Of a stretch of 64,000 bases of DNA, positions 37,690 to 51,615 are shown one piece after another. Where the stretch lies: contig OX597820.1 of the NCBI GenBank assembly GCA_951406725.2, positions 78,182,001 through 78,246,000 of the forward strand. The letters are read 5' to 3'. Both the position numbers and the translations under genes were made by a program. The stretch's first letter is position 1. Each line of letters opens with the position of its first letter. Source of the DNA: Octopus vulgaris. Taxonomy: Eukaryota. The notes below the pieces were generated by a model. It did not search any database. It saw nothing but the letters and a program-made list of their open reading frames with translations, and had not been told where the DNA came from.

Positions 37690-39220
37690 AGGAAGGAAAA
37701 GAGAAATTACAGGCTCTTAGAGACGAATGAGATTAATACCATTAATGTCCAATTAGAACTGTTACAGTTTAATACCTAAAGAAAAGACATGTGCAGGGAG
37801 GAAATTCCAGAGGAGCAACGTTCTAGGAATGAAAGTTTGGATATAGTGCAGTCAAAGGCTGGTTAGATGTACCATCTATGGCAAGGGGTGGAAAGACGAG
37901 TGGATCGAGGTGCTTATGTAGAGAAAGTACGAGAGCAACCAAATCCAATGAGGAGAAAACATTGGATATTAGCAACCGAAAAAAGAGACAACACGTATGA
38001 GCCAGAGGTTGGAATATGAGAGCCAATCTATTCAGTGGACATTCTCTGGATGCTATCAAGAATATCAATGAGCATAGCAGTAACACCGTCCTTAAAGTGG
38101 TAGAAATACTTCATTGTGAATCTCACTGGAGCCTTGTAGGATGCCATCAGCTATTTGGTATGAAATAATTTCTGGTACTAAAAAAGAGGTCAAGTCCTTA
38201 GTCCTTAGTATGTGGGTCTTGCTATTTTAAATGACGTATTTACATCTGACGAATCCTCAGTGATAGTGAGTCGTAGAATCTGGAATGGCTATGAAGTTTC
38301 TGACTAAGTGCCGCTTATTTTGGGGGGGCACTTTCCTTGATATGATAAGTACTTGTGTTTTGGGGGAGCCTTATTCAAAGAGACATAATTTACATGGTCG
38401 CAAAGAGTATTCTGTAAAGGTTTTCGTTGATAAAATTATACATCTTGATTGCTTACAAACGATGCATTGTTAAGTAAGTCAGATATGAATGAAAGGTGTA
38501 TCTTCTGCATAAGAATGAGCAATGTGAAAAAGAGGGAAAATAGTTCATTGATATTTTGTAGGAATAAATGGCTGAGGATAAAACCGAACATTAGAATTTA
38601 TTGGCACAGAAAGAGTTCCTTCAGATATTTCTGTAATGAAGTGATCCAATATGAAGTTATCGAGACGTGAAATGAGGGTGGGAGGAACTTGTAGGCAGGA
38701 GGTTTTTAAAAAAAAAGACTTGGATGCCAAACAACTTTGAAGGGATCGCAGTTGTTTGGAGAAATGCTGATATTCTCAAAAGCGGGAGCCTGATGATGGG
38801 TGACATACGAGTGTAAGTCGCCTGTGGACCAAACTTTGAGGAAAGGGTATTTTTGATCACTGAGGAACGGGAAAGATAAATCATGATATAGATTATAAAA
38901 GCGAGAGCAATGGACCGATAGTTGGCTTTCGTTAGAATAAGGGACAGTGGAGCATGATTCAAGTTATCAGAACATATACCTGTAGAGAATGAGAGATTAA
39001 AGAGTTAAATAGATATAGGAACAAGTTCAAGGGTGCATTCTTTGAATGTAATGGAATGGACGTTGTGTATGGAGCATTTGTAACGAGGCCATCGTTGAAC
39101 GACCCGAAACGTTTAACAGGAGTTATTTCAGAGGTGCAAAAGAGATCAAAGGTGTTCGGGTCGTCTGCGTGACGGTCTGACATGTGAGTAGAGGATGAAC
39201 ATGAATTTACAAAACACTGA
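37690..39220 (-). pseudogene. Old APE/RT LINE remnant (CR1/Jockey group)
   Basis: THMSDRHADDPNTFDLFCTS (APE end), NYRSIAL, HPTLIS, FQPLAH fragments, with many disruptions. Confidence 0.6.
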
Positions 39221-39483
39221 GATTTCAGACTCGATAACGGCAATATATGATATATGATATAAAATTTTCTATATATATATATATGTATACAAGAGAACAA
39301 AATTGAAGCAATCTCTTCAATAAATACTAATAAGAAATTGCAACATGTATGCCTAAGCAAGATATGCAAAATATAAATCTGTTACACTTACAAGAAAGCT
39401 TTTAATAAAAACAACCCCATCGCAAAGTATTTCTCACCTGCATACTTCAAGATATTTAAATTAATAACAACTTCTTCTACAAT

Positions 39484-39514
<31 letters not shown>

Positions 39515-39984
39515 GACTATGTGTGTGTGTGTGTGTGTGTGTGTTTGTGTTTGTGTGTATGTGTGTGTGTATGTGAAAAGTAAAAAGAAAAAAGAGAAAA
39601 TGTACATTGGATATAAAAAAATAAAGGCTTTTTTATAACAGGTAACGATATATATATATATACAATTAGATGAGCTGAGGTAGAATTAAGAGGTATAAAA
39701 GTTATGAATTGTTAAAGATACAGAGTCATACCGGTATCGTCACAAGCTGATCACTGACTTTGAATGAGCACCGATTTCCAAACGGTGTCGGATCTAATAG
39801 TCCCTGGCTAAAAAGATTACATGCAAGGTAGGTAAGCAGTTCTGGAAGTGATGCAATTAAGGTAGATATAAACACTGTAATATGAATTGAGTATGGGAAG
39901 TATGGAAATTAATGGTTTTATTGGTAAGGTTAGTAGTGTCCTGTATTCTGCTGGGTGTTCAAGTTGAGATGAGCATGATATTTA

Positions 39985-40750
39985 TTAACATGCCTTATAA
40001 ATTAATATACCTTATAATCTAGCGAAAACAATATGTACCATAGTTTCGGACACCAATACTCGTGAACGAAGACTCCTTGAAATCAGATCAATACTAATCA
40101 AGAGACATTACCCGACATCATTAATAAATGAAGGGATTAAACGTGAAAAGGAATTAGACATATGAACATTAAGGGAAGTCCACCGAAATACTACACCAGA
40201 CTTAAAAATACTCCCATACATCTCCACAGATAACCCTAGAAACAATGGTGCCTTCAATATCATCATCCAAAATCTACCCATTCTCACAAGAGATAAAACA
40301 ATGTACAAAATTTTAGGGTCACACAGAATTATCAAGAGCAAAATGCAACCGCCATTAACAACGGAACCAAAAGTGAAAAAATGCAGACGGTCTAAATTTG
40401 GAGGGTTCCACTTTAAACAAGGTGAAATATTTAATATAAAATCAAATTTCACCTGTGCCTCGGAAAAACCTAATCTATGCTATTACCTGCTTAGGGTGCG
40501 GAAATCACTATATATGCCAAACAAGAATGTCACTCCGACGAAGAACAACTCTTCGCAAAGAATAAATCCGTTAGTCACAATAAAGACAGACACAAGCCAG
40601 TGAGCACGTAGAAAGTTGTGATAGAATCCTTAAACCCAAATTCCTAAATTTCATTTCTATCACTGTTCAAAGAACCTCAGTTCAGCAAAGAAGGAATAAA
40701 ATAAGATGCAACTTTCATTAATAAATATCATCTGCAATTCAACATGAACA
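39985..40750 (+). pseudogene. Penelope-like RT-linker/GIY-YIG remnant
   Basis: LPYISTDNPRNN, IIQNLPIL, KSKMQPP, FNIKSNFTCASE. A degenerate - strand HHR lies nearby at 39724-39759. Confidence 0.6.
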
Positions 40751-41210
40751 TACAACATATGTATGTATATGTTTCTGCGTCTGTGTTTGACTCTCCACCA
40801 TCGCCTGACAACGGATGTTAGTGTGTTTACGTCTCCGTAACTTAGCGGTTCGGCAAAAGAGACCGATAGAATAAGTATTAGGCTTACAAAAAATAAGTCC
40901 TGGGGTCGATTTCTTCGACTACAATGCGGTGCTCCAGCATGGCCGCAGTCAAATGACTGAAACAAATAAAAGAATAAAAGAATATAATAAACAACAACTG
41001 ACCCCATAGAGTAACACTTAGTGGCGGAAGTAAAGTAAGAAGAATAACAACAACAAAACAAAAACCATTTAACATTTTCACTTTCTTCAAACCATTTGTC
41101 TCTGGTGCTTTATTTGTTCTCTGTGAGTTAGGAAAGAGTTTTATATTTTCCAAATTGTTTCTGTATCATCGTCACCACCACCATCATCATTTTCATCATT
41201 GATGCTGTGG

Positions 41211-41302
<92 letters not shown>

Positions 41303-41777
41303 GGTAATATTTAAGGATTGATGTCAATTCTCCCGAAGGTAAAGGAACAATAAGAAGAATGCGGCTGTTATCGAATGAACAATATTTCGACACTTCGTGT
41401 GTCTTCCACATGTTCAAAATATTCCTCTCAATCTACTTTATTGAATGTAGACGCGATAAAGATAATTCATGTGATACTCTAAATTCACCTGTAGCCCTCA
41501 TGTATAGATATCTGTACACTAACCGGGGTTGGTGTGTTTCAGTCCTCGTAACTTTGACTTTTGATCAAAAGGGTACTGGAGTCGATTCATTCCAATAAAA
41601 TGTCCTCAAGATGGTGCCCCAGCATGACCGAAGTCTAATGACTGAAACAAGTAAAAAATATCTGTGTAAGCATGTATGTATGTGTGTATGTATGTATGTA
41701 TGTATGTATGTATGCTTGCATTTCTGTATGTCTGTCTTTCTGTATGTATGTATGTATGTATGTACATACGTACATAT

Positions 41778-42150
41778 GCTGACTTGTAGTGTCTGTGCAA
41801 GACCCTGCCTCAGTAAAGCTGGACTCAAGAGTTTTCTTCGTAGTCATAAAGCAAGACAGATGAGTGACGACCTGGCTACTGGTGACGGTGTTACACACCA
41901 TACTAATCATATATGTCAGGCATGTGGAAGAGAGTGTAATTCGGCAGGAGGACTTAAACGACATGCAAAAGTACATGAATCCCATTTACAACTACAGCCG
42001 GCTATTACCGGTAAAGGTTTTAGTTGCCAATTGTGTACAAGACATTGTAGATCTTTGGCTGGACTAAAAAGTCACGTTCGATCACAGCACCAGTAACAGT
42101 TAAGCTTCGTGCAATGGCCGTACTCGATAACGAGGGGGCAGCCATAATAA
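41778..42150 (+). mobile_element. RTE-like LINE 3' end with three C2H2 zinc fingers
   Basis: CSVCARPCLSKAGLKSFLRSH, CQACGRECNSAGGLKRHAKVH, CQLCTRHCRSLAGLKSHVRSQH. Short 3' UTR with a CTCG(ATAA)CGAG hairpin and a TAA tail; flanked by (TATG)n. Confidence 0.7.
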
Positions 42151-42944
42151 TGTATGTATGTTTGCATGTCTATCTGTCTGTCTGTATGTATGTACATGTG
42201 TGTATTATGAGTCTATGTAAATGTATGGCTTATTACTGCTGGATTAGAAATAGATAATGCTTATATTGTAAATGCCAAAGGATACTTTATGTGGACGCAT
42301 GCCGCAACTGAAAAGTCGAGAAACATAGACATATATTAGCGGTATTATACAAACTGCGTTGGTTATCTCGTGTAGCATTTGAATGTATTATGTAAATTCA
42401 CATATATCTGTCAATGTAATTTTCAAAGGACAGAATTAAAGATTAATTGTAATGGAGTTATGTAATAGGTTAGGCGCTATGTAATAGCAACCAGTTTAGC
42501 GAGATGTAGAGAAGGAAATAAATTAACATTAAAGGTGGTAGATCGGAGATCAGAAATGGAGGCGCTAAAATCAAATTACGTTGGTGATCTAATGTAATAT
42601 TTGGTTGTATAATGTGAGGTTTAAGAGTGATATTTGTGTAGATGTCAGCTTATATGGAATGAATTACTTATGCTGGGTTGCTTCATATATTGTATTATGA
42701 ATTTGCTTTAGTTAAGAAAGTAGGCTTTAAGAGATTAGAGGAGAAAGAAAATATGTAGATTTTATCTTGTATTTTTTTAGTTATTAAACTGCAACTATGT
42801 GGGGGCGTCGCTTTGAAGTGTTGTAGTCGAATAAATCAACACCAAGATTTACTTTTAATCTGGTAATTATGCTATCGATCTCTTTTGGTGGACTGCTTAG
42901 TTTCGGAGAGTTGAACATCCAACGCTTGACCAGAAGCATACTCT

Positions 42945-43169
42945 TTACTCTTTTACTTGTTTCATTCATGTGAGTGTGCCCATGCTAGAGCACGGCCTTT
43001 AGTCGAACAAATCGACCCCAGGACAACTTCTTTGTAAGCCAAGTACTTATTCTATCTGTCTCTTTTGCTGAACCGCTAATTACGGGGACGTAAACACCCC
43101 AGCATCGTTTGTCAAGCGATGTTGGGAGGACAAACAGAGACACACAAACATACAGATACACACACACAT

Positions 43170-43235
<66 letters not shown>

Positions 43236-43635
43236 AGCCCCAATGGCCCAGTGGTGAAGGCAGCGGACTCGCGGTTTCGATTCCCAGACCGGGTGTTGTG
43301 ATTGTTTATTGAGCGAAAACACCTAAAGCTCTACTCTTTCTTCTGTTGGCCTGCTCGCTTAGCCAGCGGGGTGGGGTCATTTGAGGGCTAAAACAATGTG
43401 AAGCGCATTGTGACCAGCGATGTGTAGCAACATCTGATAGCCTGGTCGGTCACGGTGATATACATATATACGACGGTCTTCTTTCAGTTTCCGTCTACCA
43501 AATCCACTTACAAAGCTTTGGTCGGCCCTAGACTATAGTAGCAGACACTTGCCCAATGTACCATGCAGTGGGACTGAACCGCGAACCATGTGGATGGTAA
43601 GCAAGCTAGTTACCACACAGCCACTCTTACGCCTG
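42945..43635 (-). mobile_element. SINE family A with a nested family C SINE (43231-43460, +)
   Basis: The family A halves flank GTGGAGCCCCAATGGCCCAGTGGT...GGTTTCGATTCCCAGACCGGG, a tRNA-like head. Confidence 0.75.
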
Positions 43636-43859
43636 GGTAATCATGTTCACATAGATATAATAATGTTCACAAAGAGATACAGGGACAAATTATTTTTGCC
43701 AGCTGAATGGTCTGGAGCAATGTTAAATAAAATGTCTTGCTCAAAGATATAATGTGCCGCCGAGAATTGAACTCGCGATCGCAAGATCGTGAGCCGTAAA
43801 CCTTGTCCATTAAGCCAGTCGCCTTCACAGTGGAATACCTGAGTCACTAAGCCACACGG

Positions 43860-44232
43860 TGTATGTGTGTGCGCGCACACACACACACACACATGTACGC
43901 ACAGAACACACACAGACGCACACACACATACACGCGCGTGCAGATGCTCACACGCACACGAACGCACAGACGCATACAGACACACACACGCACGCACAGA
44001 CGCACAGATGCACACACACACATACACGCAGGCAAAGAAGCACACACATGCACGCACACACAGACGCACGCACAGCCGCACGCACACACACGCACGTTCA
44101 GACGCACACACACACACACTCATGCACAGACGCGCAGACACATGCACAATCACACACACGCACAGACGCACAGACGCACACACACACGCACGTACACACG
44201 CACGCGCACGCAAAGACGCATGCACACACTTA
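43860..44232. repeat. Compound (CA/CG/GA) microsatellite
   Basis: Read directly. It explains the His/Thr- and Cys/Val-rich ORFs here. Confidence 0.9.
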
Positions 44233-44509
44233 TATTCAACGGGATTCCACAAAGTTTCCAAACTACCAAATTCCCTCACAAGGCTTGTTAGTAAAGGACG
44301 CATTTCCCAAGGTGCAGCGCACTAATAAACTCAACTCGAAACCAAACGATTGCAAAGCGGCTTTGTTAACAATAAAACCTATGCCTTCGCTCTATAGAAT
44401 CGTACTGTTTTCATAGAAAAAAAATAATAATAATTTTAGGAGCGCAATGTTATGAATGTAACGCGAATGGCTCTGATTCCATATCAGATATCAAAGAATA
44501 ACATTCGTT

Positions 44510-44960
44510 TTGAGTCTTGGCACATGGCCAGAAAATCGAAGAAAGGCATGAGTCCATTTCATGAACCCTAGTGCTTAACTGGTACTTATTATAGCGACCC
44601 CGAAAGGCTAAAGGCAAAGTTGACCACGACAGATCTTAAAGTCAGAATTTGAACGTAGAATGTGAAGACAGATGGAATATCTTTTCCACTAAAGACACAA
44701 GGCCTGAGATTTGGGGGAGGGAACTAGTCAATCACATCGACCCCAGTGTTTCACTGGTATTTATTTCATCGACCCCGAAAAGATGAAAAGCAAAGTCGAC
44801 CCCAGCGGAATTTGAACTCAGAACGTAGCGAGAAGCGAAACACCGCCAAACATTTCGTCCAGCGTGCTAACAATTCTGCCAGCTTACCGCCTTAGACGGA
44901 CGAAATATCGTTAATCATTCTGCCTGGTATGCTAACAATTCTGCCAGCTCCACGCCTTAG
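44510..44960 (-). mobile_element. Nested SINE family B copies
   Basis: Reverse-complement family B cores at about 44575 and 44750. Confidence 0.75.
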
Positions 44961-45060
44961 ATCGAAGAACAACATTGGTTTCACAATTTGGCCTGCCGTA
45001 AAGGATAGTCGATTGCATCGACCCCGGTGCTAAACTGGTAGATTTTTATCAAGCCGAAAG

Positions 45061-46474
45061 GGTCACTATAGAAATCCTCACCCGTTAACGAAAATAAAAT
45101 AAAAAAAACAGCCTTCTGGGTGTTAACAACTGTGTAGAAAACGAATATGAAAAAATAATTGCGCAAGCGAAAGAGGGTTACGCAGAGAGGACTTTCGGAA
45201 AATTTACAACATCCCATTCTTCCCAAATAACTTTCAAGAAAATGGATGTATATTGAAAAGAAAAAAAAGATCAACACTTCCCCTCCCTATTCTACGGCCT
45301 AGGCCTTCAGGCAGGTTATCCACAGGCTAGAAATAATCTCAAATGGCCAAGACCATTTTCAGTTCCACAAACACACGAAGTTTTGCGCTGGTCAAATGAT
45401 TCTGTTTAATTTCACCTTGTCACAGTATTTCTTTGCTATTTTTATTTTCTTTTTTCAAAAGAGCTTGCTGTTATTTCTACACTCATATTTTTGTAACTTT
45501 CAAACCAAAAAAACAAATCAAATTACTTTGTCATATTACAGCGGGAAATTACTCTGAAAGAAATCGTTGCAGAAAGGTGAGTAGATTGATTACATATTTC
45601 TTTCATTATGTTATCGCAGTTTTCTGAGATTTGACTGTTATTTCTAGCATGTGTATAGCCTGCGTAGAATTGGAAGGGGCGGAGCTTGGTGCATTTTTTT
45701 CTGTTTTTTTTTTTTTTTAATTGAAATTATACTGACAATTTCTTTTCAGAATCGGATTCCCATAGCCGAAAACGTGGGGTTCCATACAAAAAAATAATCA
45801 ATATATATCTGGTTTGGGGATTTGGTTTGCAAGATTCTCTATGTGAATTCGTGTGTTGAAACATATTCTGTTGTGTCTGGAGAGAGTCATTTTCCGTTTT
45901 TGTGTCATTTCTTTTTTATAATTTAACACTCACCGGTCAAATTTCCACTTATTTTTTTTTTATTTTTCTAAAATTTTCGTTGCGTCTTGCAATCTTTTCA
46001 ATAGTTTTGACACTGTCCGTTATTCCCACTGTTCCATTTTGTTTGTTTGTGCGCATGTGTGTGGGTTAGTGTGCGTGTGTGTGTGTGTGTGTGTGCCTAC
46101 ACATGCATCTATGTATGTATACATGTCTACGTATGCATATATGTCTGTGTGTGCATATGTATATATGTATGTGTGTATATTTGTATGTATGTATTCTACA
46201 TATTTGCGAGTCCGTGTTTGTGTGTTTTTATGTATGTGTGTGCGTGCGTGTGTGTGTGTGTTCTGCAACTATGTACCGTGTTTATATGTATGGATGTGCA
46301 TATCCATCTCCATATATATCTATTTTCCTGAAAGTTGTGAGGGAAAAATCGGATCTTATGAATTTTCCCAATGTCCTCCCACCACCACCACCCCAGGTTT
46401 ATTTGCGCAAAAAGCAGGCTGTTTTTTCTTTTTTTCTTTTTTTTTCATCAACGGGTGTAAATCAATGTCAAACC
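45061..46474. mobile_element. Non-autonomous DNA transposon with GGT termini and 8-bp TSD (Merlin-like)
   Basis: The TSD GCCGAAAG at 45053-45060 and 46475-46482 splits a family B SINE. Imperfect TIRs include CACCCGTT..AAACAGCCT and AGGCTGTTT..AACGGGTG. Confidence 0.7.
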
Positions 46475-46704
46475 GCCGAAAGGATGAAAGGCACAGTCGA
46501 CCTTGGCCGCATAAGAACTCAGAAAGTGAAAACGGACTAAATGCTGCTAAGCGTAACACGAAATAACTATACTCCCCTTGAATGAGTAAGTATTACGCAC
46601 CTCCAGAGAAGTTTAAACACGGAAAAGCAGTACCTCGGCCTATCTTATAAAAAAGATACCTGTTCCGAACACGATGTCGTACCGTGAATTAATGCTCCAA
46701 AATG

Positions 46705-47122
46705 CCTATTTCTTTATTACCCACAAGGGGCTAAACACAGAGGGGAGAAACAAGGACAGACATAGGTATTAAGTCGATTACATCGACCCCGATGCGTAAC
46801 TGGTACTTAATTTATCGACCCCGAAAGGATGAAAGGCAAAGTCGAGCTCGGCGGAATTTGAACTCACAACGTAACGCAGACGAAATACCTATTTCTTTAT
46901 TACCCACAAGGGGCTAAACATAGAGGGGACAAACAAGGACAGACATAGGTTTTAAGTCGATTACATCGACCCCAGTGCGTAACTGGTACTTAATTTATCG
47001 ACCCCGAAAGGATGAAAGGCAAAGTCGACCTCGGCGGAATTTGAACTCACAACGTAACGCAGACGAAATACCGCTAAGCATTTCGTCCGGCATGCTAACG
47101 TTTCTGCCAGCTCACCGCCTTA
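46705..47122 (-). mobile_element. SINE family B with a ~183-bp internal tandem duplication
   Basis: 46705-46887 matches 46888-47070. Confidence 0.85.
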
Positions 47123-47411
47123 ATGTTCCAAAATACCAACGCTCTCATCGCTACAACGAAATGTAGAGCATATTAATTGGTATGTGTGCGTGTGTATTTA
47201 TGTGTGAGTGTCCCTGTGCTTCTGTTTTGGCTTGTTTAGCGCCAGTAAACTAGGGGTTCAACAGAGGAGGAAGATAGAGTACATATCAGACTTTAGAAAT
47301 GAGTAAAGTGTTCTATTTTTCCGACTAAACTCTTCAAGGCGGTGCCCCAGCATGGCAACAGTCCAAGGAATAAAACATTAAGATAATTTAGGAGTGTCAG
47401 AGTAGTAATAT

Positions 47412-47780
47412 AAGTCGTCGTAGCACTCAGTCGGTTACCACAAGGGTCCCAGTTGATCCGATCAACGGAACAGGCTGCTCGTGAAATTAACGTGCATGTG
47501 GCTGAGCACTCCACAGATACGTGTACCCTTAACATAGTACTCGGGGAGATTTAGCCTTACACGGAGTGTGACAAGGATGGCCCTTCGAAAACAGGTGCAA
47601 CAGAAACAGGAAGAGAAAGTTTCGGTGAAAGAGTGCAGCAGGGTTCACTCCCACCCTTGTTGGAGCATTAGGTGTTTTCGTTCAGTAAACACGCAAAAAT
47701 GCCCGGTCTGGGGATCGAAACTGCGATTCTACGACCGCGAGTCCGTTGCCCAAACCACAGGGTCATTGCGCCTCCACAGT
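47412..47780 (-). mobile_element. tRNA-derived SINE family C
   Basis: The - strand head GTGGAGGCGCAATGACCCTGTGG...GTTTCGATCCCCAGACCGGG matches 43231-43290. Confidence 0.7.
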
Positions 47781-48041
47781 AGTATGAATAAAAAATGATG
47801 ATATAATAAAGTTTTGCTATTGCACAACCTGTTCAAATGTGTAACTTGCTGAAACCTACGAGTCAAGTGTGTGTCTGAAAGTTTTACCAGTGAATATAAA
47901 TGTAAAACTTAGGATATCTAATAAACAATTTTGATTTATAGTGGAAAAATAAGATGTCTACGTGTGCATTATATATAAGCATTATATAGTTTTATTATCC
48001 CAAAAGGAAATTTTGGGATAATAACAACAATTAAATATTAT

Positions 48042-48134
<93 letters not shown>

Positions 48135-48238
48135 GCGATATACACTCATATATTTGCTATGAATGTGTATGTGCGCTCGTGTATGTGTATGTGTGTAAAT
48201 ATAGATTGATAGATAAGCAGACAGACAGAGAGACAGAC

Positions 48239-48321
<83 letters not shown>

Positions 48322-48345
48322 CAGATAGCTAGTTAGCTAGCTAGC

Positions 48346-48428
<83 letters not shown>

Positions 48429-49128
48429 CAATGTATCTATCTGTATACGTGATTGTACGTGTTTACTGTAAAAGAGTAAAAGAGTTACATAGTAAATTTA
48501 AATTAAATAAAAAGCGTTCTTACTTGGGCGTTAAGGCTATTAGAATATTAGAAACCATCGACGGAATCCTCACGTGAAGAATTAAAATTTTTATATTCTT
48601 AATATCTAATTTCAACAATAAATTTTATGACAGTTGACTCTTGTATAAGAGAAAGAAAGAAAATCATATAAGCTTATGTAAGTACGAGAAAAAAATTCAG
48701 GCAATAATAACGTTCGATATTGCATCTTTTTTTATTCCGTTATTTTAGTAGGTATATATGAATACAAAAATCGTAAAACTGCGTCTAATAACGAAATTAT
48801 AGCAGAATATATATTGTCGTATATTATTAGAAAATCAATGGAATTTTCGATAAATCCGAGAATGTAAAACTACCATAATGCATGTCTTTGAATTGGTCGT
48901 TGAAGATTTTAGTTTTTATGGTTAAAAAAATCAATATATTCAACAAAAGATAGAAAAAAATTTAGGTCAATCAGAACTCTAGTGGGCGCCAATTTTTCTG
49001 AAATTTACATGGAATTTAATAAAATATGTAAGGTTTGTGCGTGTGTGTATGAGGGTGTGCGTGTGTGTCTATTGTTTCTGTGCATATATACAGACACACA
49101 CTTACTAGCATGTATCTATCTATCTATC

Positions 49129-49224
<96 letters not shown>

Positions 49225-49238
49225 TTTTTATATATATA

Positions 49239-49289
<51 letters not shown>

Positions 49290-49515
49290 TTGCACAAAGT
49301 AGATGTAGCAGTTTTTAAACCAAAGCTGGACATCTTCCTGTCGAGAGTCCCAGATGAACCTCCCTCACGGCAAGAGGTGCAAATGAGAGTAGCTATGGCA
49401 AACTCCATTCTTCACCAAGTGCCACATATTAGGGGAGGTTCTTCGTAATAACACTGTAGCACAAAACGGCGGTGCATCAGCATGGCCGCAGCTCTGAGCT
49501 GAAACAAGCAATAAA
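49290..49515 (+). mobile_element. CR1/L2-group LINE extreme 3' end (different subfamily)
   Basis: [22 protein letters not shown] aligns with [22 protein letters not shown] of the 33332 ORF. Confidence 0.75.
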
Positions 49516-49532
49516 TATATATATATATAGAG

Positions 49533-49940
49533 AGACGCAGGAGTGGCTGTGTAGTAAGTAGCTTGTTTACCAACCACATGGTTCCGGGTTCAGTCCCACT
49601 GCGTGGCACCTTGGGCGAGTGTCTTCTGCTATAGCTCCGGGCCGACCAATGCCTTGTGAGTGGATTTGGTAGACGGAAACTGAAAGAAGCCTGTCGTATA
49701 TATGTATATATATATATGTGCAAGTGTGTGTGTGTTTGTGTGTCTGTGTTTGTCCCCCTAGCATTGCTTGACAACCGATGTTGGTGTGTGTACATCCCCG
49801 TAATCTAGCGGTTCGGCAAAAGAGACCGATAGAATAAGTACTGGGCTTACAAAGAATAAGTCCCGGGGTCGATTTGCTCGACTAAAGGCGGTGCTCCAGC
49901 ATGGCCGCAGTCAAATGACTGAAACAAGTAAAAGAGTAAA
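49533..49940 (+). mobile_element. SINE family A, full length
   Basis: A box TGGCTGTGTAG, B box GGTTCAGTCCC, body, internal (TA/TG)n, and hairpin tail CAGTC(AAAT)GACTG. Confidence 0.9.
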
Positions 49941-50447
49941 AAAAAAGAGTATATATATATATATATATGTTAAATTACATGATAAAATAAAGCCGAGGCA
50001 GTGTGAAATTTCTTGGACATTTTTGAGAAAGCTAATCTTACAGCTGTTTCAGGGATATGAGAGATATCCCATTATCAGAGACGATATGAGAGAGTTAAGT
50101 AGAGGGAAATATTACAGTTCAATATAAGAAGTAAGGAGTGAGTAATATAAGATATATATACATGCATACATATATATATATAAATATATATATATGTATA
50201 TATACATATATATATATGTATATATATATGTGTGTCTGTATGTGCGTTGTAGGCACTGGAGTGGCTGTGTGATAAGTAGCTTGCTTACCAGCCACATACT
50301 ACCGTGTTCAGTCCCACTACGTGGTACCTTGGGCAAGTGTCTTCTACTATAGCCTTGTGAATGGGTTTGGTAGACGGAAACTGAAAGAAAGCCGTCGTAT
50401 ATATGAATATATATATGTATCTGTGTATATGCTTCTATGTCTGTGTA

Positions 50448-50810
50448 CACTACCGTCAGAAATTAATTAGCACCCTTGATTTGCTCTTCACTCAAGGTAT
50501 GTGCTGTCACCTAGTGGCCATATCTCGAACTATTGCTTTGTTGCGAGTTCACTGTTGCGCAGAACGATGACGTAACTTTGTTTGCAGAGCAGTTTGAGAG
50601 TCTACAGCCTTATGATGTTGACATAGCAGTGCAACAACAACTTGGAGTGCGGATGCAGACAAATCTTCCTTTGTTTAATAGATATAGGTAGCGCCTCGCA
50701 AGGACCGAAATCACACCATACTAAGACGTTTTGAACAGCTCATAGGTAAATTGATTTAACCTATTCAATGTAGAAATTTGAGAAGTGCTAATTAATTTCT
50801 GACGCAAGTG
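50448..50810. mobile_element. Tc1/mariner-type MITE inside a family A SINE (50250-51000)
   Basis: TA-CACTACCGTCAGAAATTAATTAGCAC ... GTGCTAATTAATTTCTGACGCAAGTG-TA. Confidence 0.85.
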
Positions 50811-51328
50811 TATGTCCCGCAACATCGCTTGACCACCGATGCTGGTGTGTTTACGTCCCCGTAATTTAGCGGTTCGGCAAAAGAGTCCGAGAGAATAAGT
50901 CCTAGGATTACAAAGAATAAGTCATGGGGTCGTTTTCTTCGACTAAAGGTGGTGCTCCAGCATGGTCGCTGTCAACTGACTGAAACAAGTAAAAGAGTAA
51001 AAAAATATTACAGTTCAATATAAGAAGTAAGGAGTGAGTAATATAAGATATATATACATGCATACATATATATATATAAATATATATATATGTATATATA
51101 CATATATATATGTATATATATATGTGTGTCTGTATGTGCGTTGTAGGCACTGGAGTGGCTGTGTGATAAGTAGCTTGCTTACCAGCCACATACTACCGTG
51201 TTCAGTCCCACTACGTGGTACCTTGGGCAAGTGTCTTCTACTATAGCCTTGTGAATGGGTTTGGTAGACGGAAACTGAAAGAAAGCCGTCGTATATATGA
51301 ATATATATATGTATCTGTGTATATGCTT

Positions 51329-51538
51329 GTAAGACATGCCACTTATTATAATGAGGCCCTTAGAGGGGCAGGTTATAATAGGAATATTAAATTTTATAAT
51401 ATTGATGACATAGATTTAAATAATTTTCGAGATAATTATAATAATAATTATAATTTTGTTGGTATTAGTGGTATAAATATTAGAAATTATAAAATTAAAA
51501 ATAAAAATAAAAATAAAAATAATAAAAATAAAAATAAA

Positions 51539-51615
<77 letters not shown>

